The position numbers and the translations under genes were made by a program. A stretch of 64,000 nt of DNA from the human T2T-CHM13v2.0 reference genome, Homo sapiens, in the NCBI RefSeq assembly GCF_009914755.1, contig NC_060927.1. One strand, given 5' to 3'. Under the pieces are notes generated by a model. That model saw only the letters and a program-made list of their open reading frames with translations. It searched no databases and was not told the DNA's origin. Below are positions 1-11,160 of this stretch, piece by piece (within the stretch, counting starts at the first letter, position 1; every line of letters starts with the position of its first letter).

Positions 1-2519
1 CTCCAGGGTGGGGAACAGGGAACAATCTGCCTGCCATGAGTCCGCAGCCACCAGCAGCGGGCTTGGCCAGGGTCCACGCTCTGTAACTGCCGTTTAGGTG
101 GGGTCTGAGCCCCCGGCTGCCTGTGACATGTCTGCCCAGGTGGGCTGTGTCTCCACTGCAGCACCCACTGCTCTCCAGTGAGGGACTGGCCTGGCCCGAG
201 CCTCCTGAGTTTGCTGAGTGAGGCCACTGCTGTGTAAGGCCCATTCCCTGGTGTAGTCTGCCTGTACCCCTCATCCCTTTGCCTCTTCGAGGCCTTCTCC
301 TGGTCGACTGTGTGCTTTCAGTGGTGCCGGCCAGAGCGTCTAGCAGAGAGGCCAACTGCTGCCTCTAGCCCCTGAGCCCTTGCAGGGGTGTTTTTTGAAA
401 CTCAGTCCAGAAGACGTGAAATGGAGGAGGGCTGTCTGTCTTGCCTTCCTGACTAGAGGTAGAGGGTCCCCAAGCTGCAGGTCTGCTGTTGGTTCTTCAG
501 GGCCTCTTCAGTCCACCTGACACCCACTCTTGATTTCTGGGTCAGGAGCCTGAGGAACTGCCTGGACTGTCCCTGTGCCTCATGTGGTGCTGGGACCCAG
601 GAGCCACAAGAGGTAGTCAGCTGGGGCCACCACCTGAAGGGCAGTCTGTAGGGCAGGAGTTCCAGGCAAGGGAGCCGGTGTGCCCTGGGCCGAGGCAGCC
701 TGCGGTGTCCTGTGGCCGGAGCCATGGGGATGGAGGCTGGAGGGAGGCAGGCAGGCAGAGGTGCTGCAGCGAGGCATCTTAACCCAGCTAAGGAGGGAGC
801 GCAGACATCTGGAGCAGCAAGGGTGCTGACACTCACCCGAGGACATCACAGCCCTGCAGAGGAGGAAGACAAGCCAGGCCGCCCACCACTCTGGCAGGCA
901 TTTTGGTTGGGGATGGGCGGGCATAACAGGACACAGGAGGTCATCCGATGTCCACATTTCCCCACACAGAGTGGTCCTGCCTGGCACCGTCTCAGCCATC
1001 CCAGACAGATTTTCTGTTCAGCCTTGGTTGCCATATGAGGACTCCACCCAGAGGGCCCACATGGCCTCCTAAGTCACAAGTGGTTGGTGGTAAACCCAGG
1101 CCTAGAGCCCAGGTTTCTGGCTATCCCCCTGGAAGAGGCCCACCTTGGGCACTTGGGAACAACCCCTGACCATCCTTGAGCCCACGCTGCTGGGTGAGGC
1201 TGGCCGCCTTGCTGCAGGAAGCCTGGTTTATAAACAAGTCCAGTTACAGGAAGATCGGGAGGGTTTTTGGTTTTCACTGGACGTGGTTGTTTCATGGACC
1301 CACCCCAACAGGGAGCATGGCATGCTTGACCTTGGGAAAGGGAGGCCTTGGCTTAACGCCGAGAGCCTCATCTGCCAGCAGAGTGATGTGGTGTGGACTG
1401 AGGCTGCTCCAGCAGAATGGGCAGGGCAGGCCCCAGATGTGAACTAACTAGCTTGAGAGAGCACCTAGCCGGTCAAGCCTAGCCCACGTGGATCCAGTCC
1501 CACCTTCTTTCCATGTTGGTAGCAGAAGCTGGGAGTCCGGTTGCAGGGGTGGCTGAGTTGGCAGCGCCCGTAAGATGCTGTGGATTTGGATTTGGGTCCT
1601 GGAGGCAGGGAGGCCCAGTGTCATGGGTATGCTACCACCACACAACTATTTTAAAATAGAAGGCGCTGGCCCTAAATTTTTCTCGTATCATCACATTTAT
1701 CTGCATCTTGTGAAAGTGCTTTGCCTCATGAACAGTCCCATAGTTGGGACTGTTTCTCCTGGATATAATTTACATTGTTGTGACAACTCAAAGTCATGAT
1801 TAACACAAAAGTGGGACTTGGGGTCACTCAGTGGAGTGATCTGTGCAGTCACTTCTCCTCATTCATCCTCTCACCTGTCCGCTCTGTTAATGTGTACTAT
1901 ATAGAGGAGGTGGCATTTGCTGGGGAGAGCTGGCTGTGAGATGGGCATGGGCCCAGGAACAAGCACAGCCAGGCTCAGGAGGGGTGCATGTGGGGAAGGG
2001 ACCTTTTCGCCTCTTTGCCACTGTATTTTGGGAGGTAGAGGGGGTTAGAGCTTTGACCACCACAGAAGGGGGTGAGACAGATGTGAATCACCTTCGCCAA
2101 ATGAAAAAACCTAACCCAGAATGTTAGTTGCTTTGGGCTTCTGTGTCTGAAAGAGAGAGGCCCTTGCTTGCTGTTCTCTACAGACAGTCATGCTGGAGTG
2201 GGCCCTGCAGGCCTGGGCTGGAAGCGACACAGGACACAGCGGCCACAATCTACCTCTTCTCCCTGCTCCATGCTGTGGTCTGTGCCCAGGGCCCAAGGCA
2301 GCCAGAGGGCCCCTGCCCTCAGGAGCCAGACCCAGCCCCTCTGCAGATCTAGCAGGAGACCCCACTTTCTGCACCACTCGGGCACCCACACAAACACACC
2401 CTCATACCCCATGATCACCCCGGCTCCATCTCCTGCTCTCCCCACACGCTGGCCCCAGTGCTGGCCCTTGGGGCCTTTGCTTGGCGCCCTCAGGCTGGGT
2501 GTTCTTCCCTCCCAGTGTC

Positions 2520-2790
2520 CTCATCCCTCACAAGTCCCTGTTCAGATGTCATCCCACCCTGGGCCCTTTGCTGATCACTATCTAAAGGAGCAAAACACCC
2601 TCTTGACACTCCCCTCTCCCGAGCAGCTGGCACCACCTGTCATACGACACATGGATGTGTTGGCATCGCCTGTCTCCCACCAGAACGCCCACACTGGGCC
2701 TGCGTGATTCCCTCACCTCTGCAGCCCCGCCCCCGGTGCATGCCTGCATAGAGTAGGTGCTCGCTAGCATTCTTGATTAAATGAATGCAC
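2520..2790 (+). mobile_element. L2 3' end remnant
   Basis: Ends in gtaggtgctc...attcttgattaaatgaatg, a typical L2 tail. Confidence 0.55.
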
Positions 2791-5700
2791 AGACTCCCTG
2801 GCCTGGGTCAGCCATGGCATTCTCCAAACCACAGTTCCTTGCCCTCTAAAGCAGTGGCTGGTGCTGTGCTCATTAATTCCAAAAGGCAAGAAACGAAATG
2901 GTCTCCCGCCCCAAGCTATGGAGAGCTCTTCAGGACAGCAGCCTCCCATCTGTCTCCCCAGAGGCAGAAGAGCCCCACACCTGGGTTGGGGTGGCCTCCC
3001 AGTTGACCACCAAAGGTGTTTCCAACCTCGAGGTTCTGGGCCCTGGCTGGTGACCAAGTGGGGAAGCCCATCTGGGGAAGGCAGGGAGGACATGGCCACG
3101 ACTGTCGTGGTGGTGCCCTCCAGGCCTGCTCAGGGTGTGGTGGAGTCCAGGCATGGCAGGAGTGAGTGATAGAGCAAGCGCTTTGAAGCAAGCCAATGCT
3201 CCCAGTTCCCTGACCCTCACCGATGGGCTCTTCTCTCTCAGCACATTTTTAAAGTTTGGTTCCTGGCACCCGTTCCTATCAGGTGCTCTCTCATTCCTTT
3301 GCACATTTCTCTACACATATATGTGGGTCTTGCACCCCCTGGACTGTGGACTCCACCAGCATAGCGGCCCCACCTGGCCCACTCAGGCAGTCCTCAGAGT
3401 CTGGGACAGTGCCTGGTGCCCAGCGGGTGCTCTGAGGGCAATCATGGGCAGAAAGACAAGCAACGAATGCAGGAGTGAGCTTCTGCTTGTGCTGTGCCAG
3501 AGGGAGGCGCCCAGCACCATGGATGCCCTGTGGGGGCCATTGGAGGGAGTCTGCAAGCGCTTCCAGAAGGGCGAGTGCCTGAGTGTGCCCCAGCCGTGGC
3601 TTCCCTGGGTCCTGTCTTTGCGGAGAGCATGGTGATCCTTTGCTCCTCTTCACCCAGTTTGCAAGAGTGAGGTGGCCAGCTGAGGGCAGAGCTATGTGTT
3701 CTGGGGTAGGGATCTGCAGCTCTTAACAGCCTGCTGGCAGCCCTCATGCCCAGTGCTAGCCTCTGTTGTCTCTGAGCCAGGGCATGCGGGACCCAGAGTG
3801 GGAGTTAGGCAGAAGAGACCCGCACCAGCCCCCCGTGAGGGCAGCAGACATTGCAGATGCAGGTTCTGGAGCCAGCCGCCTAGGTTCAAAGCCAGGCCCC
3901 CTATGTCCTGGCTGTGGGAACTGACGCAAGTCATTCATGCCATGTCAGCTGGTTGTTCCTCACCGGGGAGCAGGGTTCCACATGTGGGCCCTGCCCACCA
4001 GGCATGCAGTCTTGCACAGACGGGGCCTGCCCAGGGAGGCAGGGTCATTGTCCCCTTGTAATAGGCGAGGGGACCCAGGGTACCTCAGCTCACCCGTGAC
4101 AGAACCTGCCATCCACCTGTATTCTGGACAGGATCTACTTCCATGGGCCGAGGCACGCGGCATCTCGCTTAGGGCCTAGCTGTCATGGGCACTCAGTGCC
4201 ATTGCTGCTGCCCTGACCCAGAGCATCCCTGGCCCCACACAGAGCCAAACAAGTGACAGGAGGCTGCCCCTCACGCCAAGCTCCCTTCCCAGCATGCTGC
4301 CCAGACCACTGTGCACAACCACTCCCGCCTCACCCCTGAGCCTACTTGTGCCCACCTGAGAGAGTGTGGGGGGATGACAGAGGCTGGGCCTGGCACACAC
4401 AGGCTGCTCGGGTGCTGCCCTAGGCTCGCTGTCTGCTGGCTCCACGTGCCCTCGGGCTGGTGTGGGGCACCATGAGCAGGGAAGGGGGTGGTGGGTACAG
4501 CCCCCTCCCCAGACCTCCTTCAGTGTTTGCTGTCTCCTGTGGCCCTGGTTTCCCTTGGTTTTCAGGGTCTTCAGAAGACAGGGGGCCTCCTCTGAGCCCA
4601 GCCTTGCTGTCAGAGGCCCACATGTGGCAGCCATGTGTCCATGGGAAGGAGCAGGAGGTGGCAGCTTTTCCCAGCGCCCAGGCACCTGGCCTTTAAGGCT
4701 TCCACATACTTTGTTTAAAAAACAAAGAAGAAGCTTTCTTTCCAGAGCCCTCTGTGGGGCCCTCCCTATCTCAGGCCCTCTCTGAGGGCTTCCCCCTTCC
4801 CCATCATAACAGCAGGACCCATTTCACAGACAAGGAGGCTGAAGTTCAGTGCACCACCCCCCAGGCACCTGCAGAGCTGAGCACCTTTCCAGGGTACTGG
4901 CCTGGCTGCTACAGGGACAGACCTGGGAAAGAGGCCATGATGACAGCTGTCCTTTTGGTACACACGCTGGTGTGTCCCAGATGGGAGTCCTGGCGTTCAC
5001 GCTGCTGCAGAAACATGAACACCAGCTCTGTTTCACTGGTGTTGGCTCTGTCCCCAAGACCCATCCTTACTAGCCCTTGGAGCCCAGGCTTCTGAGGGTA
5101 GAGGGACACCTGGCCAGAGGTGCTCCAAGCTGAGGCCTATGCACTCCAAGACCGGGGGGCAGCATATCCCAGGTGTAAAACAGCCCCCACCCAGCCACAA
5201 TGCAGGATCTGAGCCTGTGGCCACTAAGAGATGCAACCTGCCCAGGGCAGAGGCACAGACTGTGTTTTGGAAGAAAAGACGCACAGTGCCACTAGACAAG
5301 GCCCTCTAGCCCCTCAGCAGCAATGCTGGACAGTACTGGGCCAGGGGGCTACTGCAGAGAGCCCGAGTCCATGGCTGGTGAGCCAAGAGGCAGTTACAGT
5401 GGGAGGTACTGAGGGCTGTGAGGTAGGTGCAGGGCCAGGGACCAGGATGTGGCCACTTATGGGCACCTGCTTTGTGCCTGGCCCTGTCCTGGGCATTGGG
5501 GACCCATTTGGTCACATAGGCCTGAGAGCTGAGGTGGACACACGGCCAGTGGGTGACACGTGTGCAGCAGGAGTGCAGCCAGCATCAGAAAGCGTGTGGG
5601 CATTCCAGTGGGGCGGTGGCGGGGGCGGGGGGTGCGGAGGTCAGCCCATGGGCATACCTGCCTCCCCTGGGCCTTGCAGCCACAGGCCACCTCTGGGATC

Positions 5701-6009
5701 TGCCTCCGAGGGACAGTGTGTGGGCACATGGCCATCAGCACAGACACAGGGTGCCAGGCCCCAGCCCCTGTACCCACGCTCACCCTGGGCCTCAGCCCCT
5801 GCAGGTCAGGGAGGGATAGACTGTTGGAGTCTGCAGCTTTCAAATCAGGAGTGTGGGTGGGGACCAGAGATGCCACGCCACCCCTGCCCTTCCCCTGTCA
5901 GCAAGAGGACAGCCAGCACCGCCGCCTGCCCACGGCCTCTCGCTCTGCTCTGGGAACAGGGCTGATACAGTAATCAGGGTGCTACATATGGGCTCTGGAA
6001 AATGACTGC

Positions 6010-6260
6010 TCCCCGGGCCTTTGTTCGCCTTCATTATTCTAGACGGTTTTTTTCCCCCACCAAGTCATAAAAATGACATTTTTAATATGTGGATTTTTTT
6101 TTTAAAGAAAAGCAATATGAAGAAGACTTTTATTGTCAATAAGCTCTACCTTTTAAACCAGTTATCTTAGTTTCTGCTCTAGGTATTTTAATTGAAGATT
6201 AACTGCTGTTAAAGAGTATACACATTTAGGGAGTGAGTGTTTGGAGTATTAAAATTCGGC
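6010..6260. promoter_or_regulatory. Candidate enhancer (AT-rich island with HOX/MEIS/GATA/SOX motifs)
   Basis: CTTTGTT 6019, GTCATAAAA 6064, TTATTG-T-CAATAA 6130-6142, TTATCT 6162; non-repetitive AT-rich sequence in a GC-rich background. Confidence 0.45.
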
Positions 6261-7954
6261 TCCCTTGGTGGGGATGGAGCTCCACGGGAGGCCACCAGGA
6301 ACCATGCTCCCCCAATGGCCAGCCTTGGGGGGCTGTCTGAGGAGGAGGGCCGCCTGCAGGAGGGGCCCATCCTTGCCTCTGGCCACAGCCTTTTCTTTCA
6401 TTGGAAGGGGCAGGCTGGGGTGAGTCCTAGCCCCACAGGGGAGCAGAGGACAGCCTGAGAGCATATGGCTGTGTGGTCAGAAGGGCATCCTGGCCCGGCC
6501 TCTGCACCCTTGGTTGAAGCAAGCCCTTCCTTCCCCTTGGCCAGCCATTGGGTTTGGGCACAAAGGAAGGAGAGAGGGAAAGGGCCACTAACCGAGCACT
6601 CTGTGTGCCAGGACTTCTGCATGCAGCGTTGGTCTCCACGGCCATGAGCGAGGGGAGTGTCCTCCCTGTGCTGCTGGCAGCATGGGGCCTTATGTCCCTA
6701 GAGCATCTATGACCCCGGGCAGGCCTGTCCCCCTCATTAGACACGTCCCCAGCATCCTCACAGCATCAGGAGGTCAGGCGCCTGTTATCCCTGCGTCACA
6801 AGCAGACAGGAGGTTTCAGCATGTGTGTGAGGCCTCCGGGCCAGAAGGCAGAACGGGAGCCATGGGGAGTGGGTCAGCTCCCAGACCCTCAGCCAGGGCC
6901 TCAGCAGGGCAGCCATCAGTGGCCCACTCCTGCCTGACCCACTGCTCCATTGAGGCCATGCTGCCTCACTGAGACCTGCCCAGGGAAATGTCACCTTTTC
7001 CACCACAGTCTTCCTGACCCCAGCTTCCTTCCTCCTCCTCCTCTGAATGCCCGGGTGTGACTGTCTGTGGCTCCTTCCCTTTCTTCCCAGGGCTTTTCAC
7101 TGCTGTCATGGGTGGTTTGCATCCAAGTCTCCCTCTATCTCAAGATGCCTGTGAGAGAACAAAAAGAGGAGAAAACTAGCTCTGCATTTCCCTGTTCTTT
7201 GTCAGGCCCAGCTTCCTCCCAGCAGAGTGGGACTCCTGCCAGGCCTCCCTCACAGGGGATCGTGGCCGTGCAATGAGGCGGTGTCTGTCCAGTGCACAGC
7301 CCAGCACACCCAGGCCAATCAGCAGCCAGGAACGGGGCCCAGCAGAGGGCTGAGCCTCAGTTGTAGCTTAGTTAGCCCCGAGCTGACGGAGACACAATGA
7401 TACAGCACCCTCAGCCACAGCCATGATCAGAATGGCAGTGGCCTCTCTTTACCAAGCGCTTCCTGGAGAGAGCCGGGCCATGTGTCTTATTCCCACCATC
7501 CCTCACCCCAACTGAGGAAAAAACCAAAGCTCCGAGCAGGCCAGTCAAGCTGCTGTGTCACCAAGCCTGGTGTCCAAACCCCAGCCATGAGCACAGAGCT
7601 CAGGCTCTGACAGCACCACTGTCATCCCTGCCTGCCCTGCAGGTGTCAAGGCCTGCCTTCAGGACCTGAGATGGCCTGGACAGCCACCATTCCAACCAAA
7701 CAGAACCTGCTGAAGGAATGGCCCTGCCCTCTAGGGGGTCCCTCATTCTAGAGGCACATGTGTATCTGTGTGTGGTTTGTGTGTGTGTATGTATGTCATG
7801 GACCAGGCCTGGCTTACCAACAGTACAGGCACAGGGTGGCAGCTGGCGGCGCTAGTGGAGAAGAGAGACAGCCCCTTCCTCTAGCTCCAGCTACCTGGAG
7901 AGGAAGCTGGGCTTCTCCAGCTACTGGCGAGGACATGTGATCTCTTCTCTGCCA

Positions 7955-8420
7955 CTGACTGTGTGACCTTGGGCACATCAATTTGTGTCCCTGGGCCTCC
8001 ATTTCTACCTCTCAATGATGGAGTGGATAATGTACCCTCCTCACATGAGTTGAGGCACAGAAAGCACTTTTCTGATCCTTCCTACCCCAAGCCCTGTGCC
8101 AGGCACTGGGACACACTGTCAAATGGGATCGTCTCCGCCCTCCCAAAGCCCCCATCCATGCAGGAGTTGGACACACAGCTGCTGAGAGCTGGGACTGGTT
8201 CCTGAGGGTGGATGGCCTACTGGGCATGAGGCTGTGGTGCTGTGAAGGGTTTGAGCTCAGGCCCACCACGTTCTTGCTGTGTTACCTTGGGCAAGTTCCT
8301 GAGTGCTCTGTGCCTCAGTTTCCTGGTGTGTGTGAATAGCATGATTGTGAACTGAGGTTTGCTGTTGTCTGTGGAGCATGTGGAATGGTGCCTAGCCTGT
8401 AAAGGTGCAGCAAACATTAG
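7955..8420 (+). mobile_element. Two MIR remnants (about 7955-8060 and 8240-8420)
   Basis: Cores tgtgtgaccttgggca and tgttaccttgggcaagttcctgagtgctctgtgcctcagtttcc. Confidence 0.65.
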
Positions 8421-10679
8421 CTGTGATTGCTACTGGGGTTCTTTCTGTGATTGTTGAGAACTGGCTGGTGCCCATTTTTGGGCATTTTGGGCCAGACCTC
8501 CCTTACACAAGATGGTCTTTTCTGTGTCAGGCCCCCTCTTGGCCATCTGGGCTGCTTTCAGTGCCAGTCTCCACAGTGGCAAGGCCCCGCAGCCCACAGT
8601 CCTGGTTGCCAATGGTCCCCCGACTGGTACCCACAACACAGAGGCACCCTGGGCCTCTGCCCTGGAAGTGTTTGGAGACAAGGCCCCACCTGGCTCAGCC
8701 CCACTGCCCTGGGCCTGGGAGATGCTGGGTGGGAAGAAACATCATTCTGGTTGGGGGAGTCCCCAGTTGATCCCACACCCTTGTCTCTTGCCATCCTCCC
8801 TCCTTCCACAGGAGATGGCTGCAGCCCCCTGCTGCCCCCCACCCATGGCACTGCCATCCAGGCTGCTGTATTCCCTGTAGCCAGACTCTCAGGCCCGTGG
8901 CAGGGTGGACAGCTTTGTGAAGCTGGGGCCTGGATGGGAATCGCTGCTCCCTGGCTTCCCAGCTGTTGTGACCCCAGGCAACCACTGGGCCTGCCTGTAA
9001 AGTGACTTGTAGGATGTCCTGAGGCTGGAATAAAATGATGTCTTTGCAGCCCCTGGCTGAGTGGGAGGCATTTGGAGGAGGCTGCTAGAAAGGCAGTCAC
9101 TATGAGGGTGGCAATGGTAGCAGCAGAGGGGACCTCTGGCCAAGCCGCATCCCAGCTGCCAATCTGCAGAGCCTAGCTTGCCCAGGGCTGCAGTCCAGTG
9201 TCCTTCCCATCCAGACACTTGTCAAACCTCAGCCCCGCCCAGGGCCAGCCAGAAGGGTCCCCAGAAGCACAGATGCACAGGCTCACCTTCCGGAAACTGC
9301 CACTGAAGCAGCTCAGCTCTGGCCCAGCTGGCCTCTACTCATCAAGTGCATGTCTTATTCTCTCTGGACGGAGGAGTCGGGCATCCACCCAGCTGCTCTG
9401 GCCCATGGATGGGGGGCATGAGCCCCAAGGGAAGGGGCCAGGCCCAGGCCTCCCTACTGATTCCTCCTCCTAGTTCTGGGCAGGCAGGCTCACTGCCTGC
9501 AGGGATGACAGGAAAGTCTGTGCAGTCCAGTTCTCCCACCTCTGCCATCAGCCCAGCTGGTAGGTGGTCGGCAGACCTGCTCACCCCCCAGCCTCTGTGC
9601 ACTGACAGGACCCTGTGGAGGCTGTCAGCCTGGAGGAGGGTGATGAGGAGCCCAGAAGGTGGGTGGGGGAGCTCTGACCCCATTGGCAGATGAGGTGGGG
9701 TGCACACGGGCTGAGGTCACCAATACTGCCCCTTCCTGGCATTGCTGGGCTGTGCAGGCCCTGACTATCTCTGGGGGCATTGGATCTGTACTCAGGGCAG
9801 AGTGTGGGGGGCCTTGGCCCTAGGGGAAGGCTGGGCAGGCGTCAGAGAAGGCCAAGCCAAGATGCTACAGAGCCTTGTGCCGAGAGAGCCAAGGGAGACA
9901 GAAGCGGGCAAGATAGACAAGTGTCATGGGTTCCCCAGGCCGAGGGAGCGCCAGTCCCGAGGCTGGGGCAGTGCTGAGATGGAAGAGGAATGTGTGGTAA
10001 GGATGTGCAGGGCTGTAGGGGCAGCTTCTGAGGGACTCCTTAGAGGAATTGGGACCCTGTCTGAGTGGTTGTGAGGGACTGAAGAGGTCTTCAGTGAGCA
10101 GCTGAACTGAGAGGAATGTTGGGGTTTTGTCCTAGAAGAATCTCTGGCAACAGCACTAAGGACAGACCAGTGGGAGAGGGTCCTGGCCACTCATGTGCAG
10201 GAGCCCCGTGTCCGGGCCCTGGGGCAGGGACCTGCCCCTGCCGGGCCTGCAGGGACACCTAGAGCAGGAGCCTCCAAGGAGCCTGTGGCAAACCACCTTC
10301 TGAGCTGTCCCGAGAGGCTGGGCAGGCGCCCCACTCGCAGCTGTGTGAGCCCCAGCCTGAGCTTCTGGCCTGCACAGCAAGGAAGGTAACCTTTGGGGCA
10401 GGGCTGGCTGCACTAGGAATGCACCTCACGGAGGCCTCACAGCCACTCCACAGGGTGGGGGATCCCATTCCAGAGGGGTAGGCTGAGACTCCGCTGATGA
10501 GGGATGGGGGCTATCCCTGCAGCAGCCCCTTCAGGAGGCAGCTGGTCCAGCCAGTCCCAGAGGGACTGAGAATTTAGGACAACAAACTTTCCTCCGCAGA
10601 GGCTGCCCCTCCCTGTATAATTGAGACTCAGGGCCAAGTCATTTTCTGCCTATTTCAGAATGGATTTGTTTTTTGCCTT

Positions 10680-10723
10680 AAAAAATAAATAAATAAATAA
10701 ATAAATAAATAAAATAAAAAAAA
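10680..10723. repeat. (AAAT)n/A-rich microsatellite
   Basis: Directly visible. Confidence 0.9.
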
Positions 10724-10729
10724 ACCCTT

Positions 10730-11160
10730 CCATCCGCATAATGCACTGGTGTTCCCTCCCCACGCTCCCCAATCTCCACAGCTTTGACTGCATGATAATT
10801 TCAATTTACATGGTGCGGGAAAGATTTCTGCAAAGGGCCCTTTTTTGTTTTTGAAGAATTCATCATTGCTGCTAAGAAGCTTAATGTAAATTAAAGGAGG
10901 AATTAGGCAACATTAAGACATCAAAATGGGGGTGCGGGGCGCTGGTTGCCTACGCTTCCGCCCAATCAAAGGGGTGCATGAGCCCGTCGAGTGCGCGCTT
11001 GAGAGCCTCGGAAAGAGCGAGGCTCCTGCGAAGGGCCCGCTCCGCCGCCTGCTTCCCCCTAATTCCTTTTGTTGCAGGGACAGCAGAGTACAGGTCTGAT
11101 AAAAACTTAATCACCTTATCTTTTTAAAGCAAATTGCATCTTTGTTTACATACGGGATCC
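10730..11160. promoter_or_regulatory. Candidate developmental enhancer
   Basis: Several TAAT cores, TCF/LEF-type ACATCAAA 10918 and ATCAAAG 10965, GATA TGATAA 11097 and TTATCT 11116, overlapping SOX CTTTGTT 11140 and FOX TGTTTAC 11143, with locally retained CpGs at 10935-11047. Confidence 0.55.

Noticed and set aside
5231-5965. 244 aa ATG-initiated ORF
   Set aside because: No recognisable family or coding-like composition; intronic GC-rich sequence.
10680-10723. Multiple AATAAA hexamers as an intronic poly(A) site
   Set aside because: They arise from an (AAAT)n microsatellite, with no convincing downstream GU-rich element.
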